Positions 16,125 to 27,607 of a DNA stretch of 32,000 nucleotides are shown here, one piece after another (position 1 is the first letter of the stretch; each line of letters opens with the position of its first letter). This DNA comes from Candidatus Arthromitus sp. SFB-rat-Yit (lineage in GTDB: Bacteria > Bacillota > Clostridia > Clostridiales > Clostridiaceae), in assembly GCF_000283555.1 (NCBI RefSeq), contig NC_016012.1:1260001-1292000 (forward strand). Direction: 5' to 3'. The position numbers and the translations under genes were made by a program. Below the pieces are notes generated by a model that made no database searches, was not told the origin of the DNA, and was given only the letters and a program-made list of their open reading frames with translations.

Positions 16125-17198
16125 CTATATACCTTCTCCCATTTGCTTCATTTTTTCCGATTGATCCTGTGTTATGAGTCCTTCAATTATTTCATCAATA
16201 TATCCATCCATAAAACTATCTAACTTATAAATTGTTAACCCTATTCTATGATCAGTGACTCTACCTTGAGGATAATTATATGTCCTTATCCTTTCACTAC
16301 GGTCTCCAGATCCAACCTGACTTTTTCTATCTTCAGCAATAAGCTTTAATCTTTCTTGCTCTGCAATTTCAAACAATCTAGCTCTTAAAAGTTTCATTGC
16401 CTTTTCTTTATTTTTAAGTTGAGATTTTTCATCTTGACACGATATAACTATACCACTTGGAATATGTGTAATTCTTACAGCTGAATCTGTAGTATTTACA
16501 GATTGACCACCATTACCAGAAGATCTAAATACATCTATCCTTAAATCATTTTGATTTATATCAACATCAACATCATCAACCTCAGGCAAAACCGCAACAG
16601 TTGCAGCTGACGTATGTATTCTCCCAGACGCTTCAGTATCAGGTACTCTTTGAACCCTATGTACTCCGCTCTCATACTTAAGTTTACTATAAGCTCCATT
16701 ACCTTTTATCATAAATACCACTTCTTTAAATCCACCTATATCAGTATCATTTACACTTATCATTTCAATTTTCCATCGTTTATTTTCCACGTATTTAGAA
16801 TACATTCTAAATAAATTTGAGGCAAATAAAGCAGCTTCATCTCCTCCAGTACCTGCTCTTATCTCAACAAATACATTTTTCCCATCATTTGGATCTTTAG
16901 GAAGAAGTAAGATTTTTAACTCATTTTCAATATTTATCTTGATATTTTGCAATACTTTCAGTTCTTCTTGTGCGAGTTCTCGAAATTCTTTATCTTCCTC
17001 ATCTAATAAACTTTTATTATACTCTATATCTTCTAAAACTTTTTTATATTCTCTATACTTTAACGTAATAACTTCAAGCTCTGAATGATCTCTACAAAGT
17101 TTCTGCCATTCCTTTTGATTAGACATAACCTCAGGATCACTTATTTTAATACACAACTCTTCATACTTTTGTTCTAAAAAATCTAACCTTTGAAGCAT
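16125..17198 (-). CDS. prfA: Peptide chain release factor 1
   Basis: [15 protein letters not shown]..., PVT-equivalent region, and the GGQ motif ([17 protein letters not shown]). The ATG at 17198 matches the N-termini of homologues. Confidence 0.95.
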   Translation of the reverse strand: MLQRLDFLEQKYEELCIKISDPEVMSNQKEWQKLCRDHSELEVITLKYREYKKVLEDIEYNKSLLDEEDKEFRELAQEELKVLQNIKINIENELKILLLPKDPNDGKNVFVEIRAGTGGDEAALFASNLFRMYSKYVENKRWKIEMISVNDTDIGGFKEVVFMIKGNGAYSKLKYESGVHRVQRVPDTEASGRIHTSAATVAVLPEVDDVDVDINQNDLRIDVFRSSGNGGQSVNTTDSAVRITHIPSGIVISCQDEKSQLKNKEKAMKLLRARLFEIAEQERLKLIAEDRKSQVGSGDRSERIRTYNYPQGRVTDHRIGLTIYKLDSFMDGYIDEIIEGLITQDQSEKMKQMGEGI

Positions 17199-17289
17199 TA
17201 TAACTTTCAACTCCATGATTTTTATTTCATATAGTTAATTATTATAAGTTTTATTAATTCAAATTTCAACAATAAATCATATTACATTC

Positions 17290-19014
17290 CTACACAATTT
17301 TAGATTTATAGTACCCAACTATAACTCTATCATGTTCACTAATATCTTTATAGATATCTATATTTACAAAATTATTACTAGTCATTATATACATAATATC
17401 AAAAGCTTTATTATAAGGTATCTCAAATGCAATAAATCCATTTTCAACTAAAACTTCCTTAGCTTGTTCACAAATCTTTCTATAATAAGAAAGACCATCA
17501 TCTCCTCCATCTAAAGCTTCATGAGGCTCATAATCTCTAACATCTTTCATTAAAGTATTTATATCTTTGCTTTTTATATATGGTGGGTTTGAAACTATAC
17601 CATCAAGCTCAAGCCCATTTTTTATAAAAAATTCTAATAAATCACTCTTAACAACATAACTTCTATCTTTCAAATCGTGCATATATATATTTTCCTCAGT
17701 AACTTTTATAGGAATCTCGTAATTATCTATATATGTACAATTTACATTCTCATTATTTTTCTGTATAGATATACCCACAGCGCCACTTCCCGAACACAGA
17801 TCGCATATACTTAAAGAATTTTTACTATTGTTTAAAATCTCTAAAACCTTATCAACAAGTATTTCAGTATCAGCCCTAGGAATTAAAACTCCCTCTTTAA
17901 CTATAAAATCTATACCATAAAACTCTTTCTTTCCTATCATATAAGCAATTGGTTTTCCGTTTTTTCTTTGATTGATCAAATCCAAATACCTATTTTCATC
18001 CTCCTTCGAAACTTCAACCTCGCTTGTAAATACTTGTGTTGGTATAATACGTAAACAATACTCAATTATTAAACGAGCATCTAATGAATAAGACTCTATA
18101 TTTGCATCTCTAAGTATGGATCTACCTATCAAAAACAACTCTTTTATAGTATTTTTAACTTTTATACCCTCTGATGTTTTAAGTGCAATAATAGAAATTT
18201 CTATTTCATCATCCTTAGGTTCCTTAGTTGTAAATTTTTGAATAAGCTTTGAAATACTAAAAAGTAGGGATGAAAATACACTATCGCTTCTTTCCATGTA
18301 ATCTAATATTTCATAAGATATCCCAATTACAAGTGGAAAAATTATGAGCTCTATAAACAAATTAATTCCAAAACTATATCTTGGTATAATCAAAAATAAT
18401 ATTAAATAGCAAATCAATATGTAAATTATAAAATTACTTCCACATCTTTTATGAAATCTTGATGACTTCTTTACATTTTCTATACTAAGTTCACTCTTAC
18501 TTTCATAACAGTTAATAACTTTATGTTCGGCACCATGATACCTCAAAACCTTAGATAATTCTTCATTTGATGATATGCTCATAATATATGCAAATACCAA
18601 AAGCAATCTAATTAAAAATTTAACTCCAGATATTAATTGAATATTTTTAAAAGATGGAATTATAAATACAATTAATTCAGGTAAAACAAAAAAAACAAAT
18701 ATCAAAAATATAATGCTAAATAAGAGGGTTAAAACTTTGTTTTTACTTATAAATTTTATAAACCCCCTTGATTCATCATCTTTTTCACATGAAGTCAGTA
18801 ACTTTAAATTCCATACACTATCTCTTATAATGTTTATAAAATTAATAATACCCCTGACAAGAAATACTTTTTCAATACCTGACGGCTCTACAATATATTT
18901 TTCTCTAGTTTCAACATCTATCCTTCCACTCGATTTTCTTCGAACAATTGCACTACATTTTTTACCAGTCATAATTATTCCATCTATGAGTGCTTGTCCT
19001 CCTAATCTTTTCAC
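17290..19014 (-). CDS. prmC: Fusion protein: DUF1385 membrane domain (about aa 1-282) plus release-factor glutamine N5-methyltransferase PrmC/HemK (about aa 288-574)
   Basis: One uninterrupted 574-codon frame. GTG start with a GGGGTG SD. DUF1385 marks are GGQALIDGIIM, hydrophobic helices, YHGAEHKVINCYE and FTTKEPKDDEIEISIIAL. PrmC marks are DLCSGSGAVG and NPPY. Confidence 0.85.
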   Translation of the reverse strand: MKRLGGQALIDGIIMTGKKCSAIVRRKSSGRIDVETREKYIVEPSGIEKVFLVRGIINFINIIRDSVWNLKLLTSCEKDDESRGFIKFISKNKVLTLLFSIIFLIFVFFVLPELIVFIIPSFKNIQLISGVKFLIRLLLVFAYIMSISSNEELSKVLRYHGAEHKVINCYESKSELSIENVKKSSRFHKRCGSNFIIYILICYLILFLIIPRYSFGINLFIELIIFPLVIGISYEILDYMERSDSVFSSLLFSISKLIQKFTTKEPKDDEIEISIIALKTSEGIKVKNTIKELFLIGRSILRDANIESYSLDARLIIEYCLRIIPTQVFTSEVEVSKEDENRYLDLINQRKNGKPIAYMIGKKEFYGIDFIVKEGVLIPRADTEILVDKVLEILNNSKNSLSICDLCSGSGAVGISIQKNNENVNCTYIDNYEIPIKVTEENIYMHDLKDRSYVVKSDLLEFFIKNGLELDGIVSNPPYIKSKDINTLMKDVRDYEPHEALDGGDDGLSYYRKICEQAKEVLVENGFIAFEIPYNKAFDIMYIMTSNNFVNIDIYKDISEHDRVIVGYYKSKIV

Positions 19015-19049
19015 CTATTACACCCCAACTTTCAATAAATAATTAATAT

Positions 19050-19634
19050 TTATACATCACAAATTTCTCTTTTCTTAATAAAACACTTACCACAAAGCGG
19101 CTCATAACTCACATTTTCTTCCCCATCTATAACACACTGTTCACCAGAAAAAACAAACTTACCATTAATCTTCCTTCCATTTGTTATAGCTTTTTTGCCA
19201 CATTCACATATTGTTTTAAGTTCTTCTATAGAATGAGCTATAAGCAATAACCTCTCGCTTCCTTCAAATCCATTCATCAAAAAATCTGTTCTAAGACCAT
19301 AACAAATAACTGGTATATCCCAAATATTACTTATATAAAATAATTCATCAATCTGAAATTTTTTCAAAAACTGAACTTCATCAATAATAATACAGTGAAC
19401 ACTCTTTCTAAATGGTTCTAATAAAACTTTTAAACTATCTGTATTTGAAACTAAAAAATCAACTTTTCTATCTATCCCAAGACGAGATACAACCCTATCA
19501 TAACCTTTTGTATCAATACTTGGTTTTAATAATAAAACCTTCATTCCCTTTTCTTCATAATTATGTGCAACTTGAAGCATAGCTGTAGTTTTACCTGAAT
19601 TCATCGCACCATATCTAAAATATAATTTCGCCAT
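19050..19634 (-). CDS. tdk: Thymidine kinase
   Basis: 194 aa. P-loop GAMNSGKTT, IIIDEVQFL, and a C-terminal zinc-binding CECGKKA...CGKC. SD is AGGAGGGG. Confidence 0.95.
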   Translation of the reverse strand: MAKLYFRYGAMNSGKTTAMLQVAHNYEEKGMKVLLLKPSIDTKGYDRVVSRLGIDRKVDFLVSNTDSLKVLLEPFRKSVHCIIIDEVQFLKKFQIDELFYISNIWDIPVICYGLRTDFLMNGFEGSERLLLIAHSIEELKTICECGKKAITNGRKINGKFVFSGEQCVIDGEENVSYEPLCGKCFIKKREICDV

Positions 19635-19753
19635 AATTACCTTATCCCCTCCTATAATCTTAATTATACGAACAATTTAAAATATTTAAAGAGCATTTTT
19701 TTGTAAAATATTAAAAAATATTATGAGCATATGTAAAATTAATTTTGCTTTTA

Positions 19754-19783
19754 TTGACTAAATCAAATTATATATGATAGAAT
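19754..19783 (+). promoter_or_regulatory. Sigma-A promoter for rpmE (extended -10)
   Basis: TTGACT (19754-19759), an 18-nt spacer, then TGaTAGAAT (19775-19783). Confidence 0.5.
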
Positions 19784-19821
19784 ATATCTAGGTATATAAT
19801 GTAACGAAAGAGGTATATGTA

Positions 19822-20037
19822 ATGAAACAAGATATTCACCCAAATTACAATAGTAATGCTGTTGTTAAATGTGCTTGTGGTAATACATTTACAACAGGAT
19901 CTGTAAAAAATGAGTTGAAAGTTGAAATATGTTCTAATTGTCATCCTTTCTTCACTGGAAAAAATAAAATTGTTGACATCGGTGGAAGAGTTGAGAAATT
20001 TAGAAAGAAATTCAATATCAAATCTGAAGATAATTAA
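19822..20037 (+). CDS. rpmE: 50S ribosomal protein L31 (zinc-ribbon, Cys-containing form)
   Basis: [27 protein letters not shown]...[11 protein letters not shown]. Confidence 0.95.
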   Translation: MKQDIHPNYNSNAVVKCACGNTFTTGSVKNELKVEICSNCHPFFTGKNKIVDIGGRVEKFRKKFNIKSEDN

Positions 20038-20045
20038 AAAATTGA

Positions 20046-20090
20046 ATGACCCTTCTTAAATAAAATTAAGAAAGGTCATTTTTATTTATT
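20046..20090. terminator. Shared terminator hairpin between the convergent rpmE and rho genes
   Basis: ATGACCCTTCTTAA-loop-TTAAGAAAGGTCAT, 14 bp with one mismatch, followed by TTTTTATTTATT on the plus strand. The T-tract overlaps the rho stop at 20082-20084. Confidence 0.6.
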
Positions 20091-21485
20091 ATCATCCTTA
20101 TCAATTATAGATTTATAATACTCAATAAATTCTTTATTATTTTTAGTATTTTGAAATACCTTTATAAGACTTTCCATTATATTTTCAGAATTACCTTCTT
20201 TGTGCATTATCCTTCTTAAATAAAAGGATACCTCTTTTTCATCATTCGTAAACAACAAGTCCTCTTTCCGAGTTCCCGACTTATATATATCAATACTTGG
20301 AAATAATCTTCTCTCTTGTAATTTTCTATCTAAATGAACTTCCATATTTCCAGTTCCTTTAAATTCTTCAAATATCATATCATCCATTCTTGATCCCGTA
20401 TCAACAAGAGCTGTTGCAAGTATCGTAAGACTTCCACCTTGTTCAAAATTTCTTGCAGCTCCAAAAAACTTTTTAGGTATTCTCAATGATCCTGGGTCAA
20501 GTCCACCAGATAAAGTCCTACCTGTAGGTACAATTGTCAAATTGCAAGCTCTTGCAAGTCTAGTCAAACTATCCATTAAAATAAATACGTCCTTCCCATG
20601 CTCAACCATACGCTTAGCTCTTTCAAGTACCATTGTAGCAACTTTAACATGCTGACTTGGTTCCTCATCAAAGGTAGAATAAATAACTTCTCCTCCTCCA
20701 ATTGTCCTTTGCATATCAGTAACTTCCTCAGGTCTTTCATCTATAAGTAAAATTATTAATTTTATATCCTTATTATTTTTTAAAATATTTTGAGCTATCT
20801 TCTTTAATATACTTGTTTTACCTGCCTTAGGAGGTGCAACTATCATTCCTCGTTGCCCTTTACCTATAGGACATATTATATCCATTAATCTGGTTGATAA
20901 ATCACTTTTCTCTCCACTCTCAAGCTTTAATCTTTCATTTGGATAAATAGGTGTAAGTTCCTCAAAATTTTTCCTATTTAAAGCTTCATCTGGTAAAAAA
21001 CCGTTAATCCTCTCAACATATAAAAGAGCCCTATACTTCTCTCCATCCTTAGGTTCTCTAACTTTTCCTATTATATGATCCCCTGTTTTTAAATTAAATC
21101 TTCTTATTTGAGAAGGAGAAACATAAACATCCTCTGTGCTAGTTAAATAATTCTTTCCTCTTAAAAATCCAAAACTATTATTGTCATTTATTTCTAAAAC
21201 ACCATTGGCATTTTCAGAATTCAATATCATATCTTGAAACTTATCCGACTTATCCCGTACATTTTCATCAGAAACAATTGAATTTTGTTCACTTACTTTA
21301 TTCATTTTTAATTTTATTTTTTCAACTAAAATAACACCATCTTTTTCAACTATGGTTGGGGATAACTCAGAAATTTTATGAATAAGTTCATTTTTTTTTA
21401 ATTTAGAATAATTTTTAATATCAAGAGTCTTGGCAGATTTCCTAAGCTCCGATAAAGACATTTCTTCTAATTTTACAATATTCAT
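20082..21485 (-). CDS. rho: Transcription termination factor Rho, with an insertion of about 40 aa in the N-terminal domain
   Basis: 467 aa. FGFLRG...[17 protein letters not shown] (RNA-binding OB), Walker [33 protein letters not shown]. Confidence 0.95.
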   Translation of the reverse strand: MNIVKLEEMSLSELRKSAKTLDIKNYSKLKKNELIHKISELSPTIVEKDGVILVEKIKLKMNKVSEQNSIVSDENVRDKSDKFQDMILNSENANGVLEINDNNSFGFLRGKNYLTSTEDVYVSPSQIRRFNLKTGDHIIGKVREPKDGEKYRALLYVERINGFLPDEALNRKNFEELTPIYPNERLKLESGEKSDLSTRLMDIICPIGKGQRGMIVAPPKAGKTSILKKIAQNILKNNKDIKLIILLIDERPEEVTDMQRTIGGGEVIYSTFDEEPSQHVKVATMVLERAKRMVEHGKDVFILMDSLTRLARACNLTIVPTGRTLSGGLDPGSLRIPKKFFGAARNFEQGGSLTILATALVDTGSRMDDMIFEEFKGTGNMEVHLDRKLQERRLFPSIDIYKSGTRKEDLLFTNDEKEVSFYLRRIMHKEGNSENIMESLIKVFQNTKNNKEFIEYYKSIIDKDDNK

Positions 21486-21619
21486 ATATTAAAATATTTT
21501 ACAATAACAAATTTATTGTAAAATCCTCCTCTCAATTTAAAAAGTATGTCTTTTAAAAAAACAAGGTCATTTCATTAAGAAAATATTACAAAGCAAGGCT
21601 TTTATAAAATATAATATAA

Positions 21620-21646
21620 ATTATACAATTGCCTTAGCTTTGTCAA
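21620..21646 (-). promoter_or_regulatory. Candidate promoter for rho
   Basis: On the minus strand there is a consensus TTGACA (21646-21641) and a TATAAT (21625-21620). The spacer is only 15 nt, which is suboptimal, so confidence is low. Confidence 0.3.
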
Positions 21647-21651
21647 TAAAT

Positions 21652-23271
<1,620 letters not shown>

Positions 23272-23399
23272 CTAAAAACTACATTTAAATAAAATAATTT
23301 GTAACATGCATATAAATGTTTTATTTTAATTAAAATAACAACACTACAAAAATAAAATAATCCTATAATAATCCTAGTTTTATATTTTAATTAATTATA

Positions 23400-23428
23400 T
23401 TGAAACTTAAATAAAATATCTATATAAT
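23400..23428 (+). promoter_or_regulatory. Sigma-A promoter for the glycosyltransferase gene
   Basis: TTGAAA (23400-23405), a 17-nt spacer, then TATAAT (23423-23428). Confidence 0.5.
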
Positions 23429-23510
23429 TAAGCATAAAAAAAGTATTTTTTTATGTAATATCAAATAAACGGTGCTTATAAATTCTATTTTTTCGAAGGA
23501 TATTGATAAA

Positions 23511-24632
23511 ATGAATATTTTAATTCTTACATCAAATACAGGAGGTGGCCACCTGAAGGCTACTGAAGCAATTTATGAACACATCAAACACAAAAACTTA
23601 GACTACAATATAAAAATAATAAACACACTAAATAATATTAATCCATCATTCAATAAGTTAATAACTTCATTTTATACTGAGTGTGTAAAAAAATGTCCAG
23701 ATTTATTTGGTAAAATATATTACTATAGTGAAGAAAATCACGTTTCTATAAATATTTTCAATCTAATTTTAAAAAATTTAGCAAAAAAACTACTACCAAT
23801 CATATTAGATTTCAAAGCTGATATAATAATTTCAACTCACCCATTCTCAACACAAATGGTATCATATCTAAAAAAACTTAAAAATATACCTAAGGTCAAA
23901 TTAATTAATTTATTAACTGACTATGCTCCTCATAAATTTTGGATATATGATAATGTAGATGCTTATATAACAGCAAGTGAACAAATGGTTGACGATATGA
24001 TACAAAGGGGGGTAAATAAAGATATAATTTATCCAATTGGAATACCAGTTAGCGTTGATTTTTTAAAACCCTATGATAAAAAAGAAGTTTTAAACAGTAT
24101 AGGTTTTGATGAAGATCGTTTCACTATATTGATTATGTCAGGTAGTATGGGAGTTGAATATGTAATTAAAATATTTAATCTTCTAATAACCATAAATAGA
24201 AAACTTCAAATAATTATCGTAACTGGATCTAATGAATATTTGTATAAAAAATTTAATACGATTATTTCAAATTATTCAGGAAATTTTATAGAGTTTCTTT
24301 TACTTGGTTTCACAAAAGAAGTTAGTAAATATATGAGTGTTTCTGATGTTATAATAACAAAACCTGGTGGACTCACACTTACAGAAGCTATTTTTTCAGA
24401 ACTTCCAATAGTGTTTTTTGATGCTATACCTGGACAAGAGGAAAAGAATGCTGATTTTATTATCAAAAATAATATAGGTATGAGAATAACAAAACGTCAA
24501 GAAAGTATTGATAAATTTGTTGAATTAATAGATAATCCTAAGATTCTGGATTTATTTAAAAATAATATCGAAAAAATTAAAAAAATAAATTTTATAGAAA
24601 ACTTAGTAGATATTATAAATAATCTGGGGTAA
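23511..24632 (+). CDS. MGDG-synthase/UgtP-like diacylglycerol glycosyltransferase (GT28 family)
   Basis: MNILILTSNTGGGHLKATEAIYEHI resembles the N-terminus of UgtP. C-terminal nucleotide-sugar fold ITKPGGLTLTEA...PGQEEKNA. I use the ATG at 23511 with a GAAGGA SD rather than the track start at 23472. Confidence 0.75.
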   Translation: MNILILTSNTGGGHLKATEAIYEHIKHKNLDYNIKIINTLNNINPSFNKLITSFYTECVKKCPDLFGKIYYYSEENHVSINIFNLILKNLAKKLLPIILDFKADIIISTHPFSTQMVSYLKKLKNIPKVKLINLLTDYAPHKFWIYDNVDAYITASEQMVDDMIQRGVNKDIIYPIGIPVSVDFLKPYDKKEVLNSIGFDEDRFTILIMSGSMGVEYVIKIFNLLITINRKLQIIIVTGSNEYLYKKFNTIISNYSGNFIEFLLLGFTKEVSKYMSVSDVIITKPGGLTLTEAIFSELPIVFFDAIPGQEEKNADFIIKNNIGMRITKRQESIDKFVELIDNPKILDLFKNNIEKIKKINFIENLVDIINNLG

Positions 24633-24634
24633 TA

Positions 24635-24681
24635 TTTTAAGCTATACTTACTAAAATAGGCATAGCTTAAAATATTTTTTT
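24635..24681 (+). terminator. Terminator after the glycosyltransferase gene, overlapping the spoIIR 3' end
   Basis: TTTTAAGCTAT (24635-24645), a 16-nt loop, then ATAGCTTAAAA (24662-24672), followed by TATTTTTTT. Confidence 0.45.
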
Positions 24682-25326
24682 GAAAAATTTTCGTACAACA
24701 TCAAATATTTTAAAACATACCTTAACTTCACTCTTATGTGTTATTATAGATTTATCATTTGAATTAAAAACTTCAAAATCCTTTTTATTATTTCTAATTA
24801 TAGATGGAATGGAATCTATATTTTTATCATCACTTTGTATAAATCCTATACTTGAAAATAATAAGCTCCAAAAATTTCTACCAAATGCCTGTCCTATGTT
24901 TAATATAAAATAATCATACTCCCCTTCAGGAATCACATATGTACCATATATTCTCTCTTTAAAATATTTTCTCCCAATATCTATAGTAACATCACTTAAA
25001 ACTCCATAATCATCAAGGATATCCAAGGCAATTTCTCTTATTTTATTTGAATTATCCAATAAATAATTAATGTTATCTATTTTATTTGATTTTAAATTCC
25101 CATCCTTTTCAAGATAAGACATAACTCTATCTTTAACATTATTTTTAACATATTGATCAAAATCCGAATCGCTATTTGCTATAAAATGAAATCTTATAAC
25201 ACTTTCACTCAATTTCTCATAATCAAGTTTTATATTTTCTTTTGTATTTCCATACACCTTGTCCACATTTAAAAAACTAAAACTCATAACAAATACTATA
25301 AAAAACAAAAATTTGATAAATTTCAT
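24667..25326 (-). CDS. spoIIR: Stage II sporulation protein R (forespore signal for pro-sigma-E processing)
   Basis: 219 aa. Signal peptide, then IRFHFIANSDSDFDQYVKNNVKDRV, which has the shape of the SpoIIR hallmark RxHViANSD. SD is GAGGTG. Confidence 0.85.
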   Translation of the reverse strand: MKFIKFLFFIVFVMSFSFLNVDKVYGNTKENIKLDYEKLSESVIRFHFIANSDSDFDQYVKNNVKDRVMSYLEKDGNLKSNKIDNINYLLDNSNKIREIALDILDDYGVLSDVTIDIGRKYFKERIYGTYVIPEGEYDYFILNIGQAFGRNFWSLLFSSIGFIQSDDKNIDSIPSIIRNNKKDFEVFNSNDKSIITHKSEVKVCFKIFDVVRKFFKKIF

Positions 25327-25373
25327 AATTACACCTCAGGATAATTATTAACACTTATCAAATCTTTTAATCA

Positions 25374-26480
25374 CTAAAATGATATATTTTCAGTATTTGT
25401 TACATTATTTATTATATTTAAATTTATAATAACTTCCTCTACCCAATTAGCATTTTTACTAATATCATTCATCCAAATTTTTGGAGTAAATTTATAAATA
25501 TAGTTTTCTAAATTCAATATATCTACACCATTTTTATAAAACTTATTTAATAAACTCATACACTCCAACTTAATATTACTTTTTAAATCATCATTTAAAT
25601 TTGAAATAAATTCATCTGATAATGAATGCTTAACATTTAAACAATTTTTTATAGTTATATTAAAATTCAATTCTAAATCCATATTTTTATAGTTTATAAT
25701 CTTCATTCTCCTTTTTACATTCTTCGATTCATAATCTATGTACTTATCTCCAAATAAAATACTCGATACAATTTTATCGTTTTCCCCTCTTAACATGTTA
25801 ATTATTCTACTATTTTTTAAATCAAGTTCATCTATATAATTTTCATCATCTAAAACATAACTTCCATTTATACTCATAACACTTTTATCATCGTTTAATT
25901 TTAAAACAGGTATCAAAACATTTTTATTTTGAGAAAAATAATCGAGTATATTGCTTAATGTGGTAGATTTAATACCATTTTTTTTGCTATTATACTCAAT
26001 TAATTGACTAATAAATACTTGAGGATCTTCACCTGATTCCAATTTAAAATTTATAAAATCTTTTGAATCTCCATCCCCCACACACACATAAATTCTCCTA
26101 CTAATTTGTGGATTATGGGATAAATAATCCAATACTTCATGAAATAATTTTCTATCTTTAACCAATTTAGAAGATATAATAACCATCTTAACATGATCAA
26201 AATCAATACTTTTTTTAGTTTTACTTACAATATCATATATAGCATCATAAAATGTTTTACCAAATCCAGAAATACTCCCACCTTCTTTTATCTTTGAGGA
26301 TTCAGGAGAAAACTCCGATATGTCAGGATAAGATAAATACAAAGAATAATTCCCATCATCATTTATATCAATACCTATACTTGATACAAAAAGTCTTGTA
26401 TCAATACTCTGAGAATATGTACACGATTTCATAATAATACACATTAAACTACATATAAATAAACACAATATTTTTTTCAT
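25374..26480 (-). CDS. Germinant receptor C subunit (Ger(x)C-family lipoprotein)
   Basis: 368 aa. Lipoprotein signal with Cys (CIIMKSC). SSIGID-type N-terminal region (VSSIGIDIND) typical of GerAC/GerBC. Start overlaps the B-subunit stop by 4 nt (26477-26480). Confidence 0.85.
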   Translation of the reverse strand: MKKILCLFICSLMCIIMKSCTYSQSIDTRLFVSSIGIDINDDGNYSLYLSYPDISEFSPESSKIKEGGSISGFGKTFYDAIYDIVSKTKKSIDFDHVKMVIISSKLVKDRKLFHEVLDYLSHNPQISRRIYVCVGDGDSKDFINFKLESGEDPQVFISQLIEYNSKKNGIKSTTLSNILDYFSQNKNVLIPVLKLNDDKSVMSINGSYVLDDENYIDELDLKNSRIINMLRGENDKIVSSILFGDKYIDYESKNVKRRMKIINYKNMDLELNFNITIKNCLNVKHSLSDEFISNLNDDLKSNIKLECMSLLNKFYKNGVDILNLENYIYKFTPKIWMNDISKNANWVEEVIINLNIINNVTNTENISF

Positions 26481-27595
26481 TTTATACCATCTCCTTTTAA
26501 CTTACTCCTCCTTATATAAGTTGCTATAAAAAGAATTATAGGTACAAAAAATACTAATATAAGAGATATCCCAAAACCCACTCCATTTATTATAAAATCA
26601 ATATCCCCAACTCCTTTTGGAATTAGAGTTAATATATATATGACAGGTATAAACATCGTTGATGATATTTTATGTTTGAGTAGCCCTAAGGATTTACTAT
26701 TTACATAACTAGCATAGAAATATAAGTTTATAAAATTAACTATAAAAAATACAATAGCTATGGTTATAACAATACCTTCAACTCTCTCAATAAATCCTCC
26801 GGGTACATCCACCGTAGTAAAAGCCATTATTATAGGCCAATTTGATTTTATAGTCTGATTTATATTAAGTATTCCAACACACACAAAGAATATCAATGAT
26901 AGAAACAAAAATGATAAAATCGTTGATTTATAACTAACATTCACTCCTCTATTTTTCTCAGGCCTGTGCTTAGGTAACATATAATAAAGCATACTAGTTC
27001 CAATAAAATAACTACTAAAAGTTAAAAATCCCTTGAAATATGTATATCCACTCTCTATTTTCATAGGAAGCATATTATCCAAATTTATATTTTTATAAAC
27101 TATAGTAAATATCACAAAACAACATATTAATAGAAAAACAAACATTATTTCATTAATACCAGTTAAAACTTTATCCCCAAATCTAACCACATAATAACAA
27201 ATTATAAGCGTTGCTCCTAACATATACTCACTACTTATTTCTGGAAATATATATACTTTTATAGAATCAATAAAGATTCTAAGCTGAATTGATATCAAAA
27301 ATATAATCCCTATACTAATTAAAAATAACATAACCCTTCCTATTAACTTTCCAAATAAGTTTTCCACAATAATATTCAGTTCATTATTATTATTTATCTT
27401 AACCGTATTATAAATCATATAAATAACACCTAAATAAATAATCCCATATATAATAGTTGGAAAAAATGCATTATTACCTAAAACCCTACCTATGCTCTTT
27501 GTATATGTAAAAACTCCAAATCCAACCAAACTTAGAAAAAGTGTTGAAAAAACCCCAAAACTACGTATAACATTGCGGTCTAAATTATTTTTCAT
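26477..27595 (-). CDS. Germinant receptor B subunit (spore permease, APC-like, about 10 TM)
   Basis: 372 aa polytopic membrane protein lying between the A and C subunits. Confidence 0.85.
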   Translation of the reverse strand: MKNNLDRNVIRSFGVFSTLFLSLVGFGVFTYTKSIGRVLGNNAFFPTIIYGIIYLGVIYMIYNTVKINNNNELNIIVENLFGKLIGRVMLFLISIGIIFLISIQLRIFIDSIKVYIFPEISSEYMLGATLIICYYVVRFGDKVLTGINEIMFVFLLICCFVIFTIVYKNINLDNMLPMKIESGYTYFKGFLTFSSYFIGTSMLYYMLPKHRPEKNRGVNVSYKSTILSFLFLSLIFFVCVGILNINQTIKSNWPIIMAFTTVDVPGGFIERVEGIVITIAIVFFIVNFINLYFYASYVNSKSLGLLKHKISSTMFIPVIYILTLIPKGVGDIDFIINGVGFGISLILVFFVPIILFIATYIRRSKLKGDGIK

Positions 27596-27607
27596 AACAT
27601 AACTCCT

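Noticed and set aside
18713-19042. A 109-aa plus-strand ORF crossing the start of the DUF1385::prmC gene. The other antisense ORFs in the track were considered with it: 1997-2191, 7131-7334, 11688-11909, 12455-12637, 13216-13461, 13981-14217, 14242-14544, 14975-15166, 16614-16814, 21935-22318, 22738-22938, 24272-24466, 24680-24913, 26252-26434 and 30504-30731.
   Set aside because: All of them are embedded antisense in strongly supported genes. They lack SD sequences and have hydrophobic or low-complexity translations, as expected from reading AT-rich coding DNA backwards.
19722-19760. A 12-codon ORF (MSICKINFAFID) in the tdk-rpmE divergent spacer.
   Set aside because: It has no SD, it overlaps the rpmE -35 region, and it is too short to support without conservation data.
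23439-23461. The hairpin CATAAAAAAA-GTA-TTTTTTTATG in the leader of the glycosyltransferase gene.
   Set aside because: It is a homopolymer A/T complement of negligible stability. It is probably a by-product of base composition rather than a regulatory structure.
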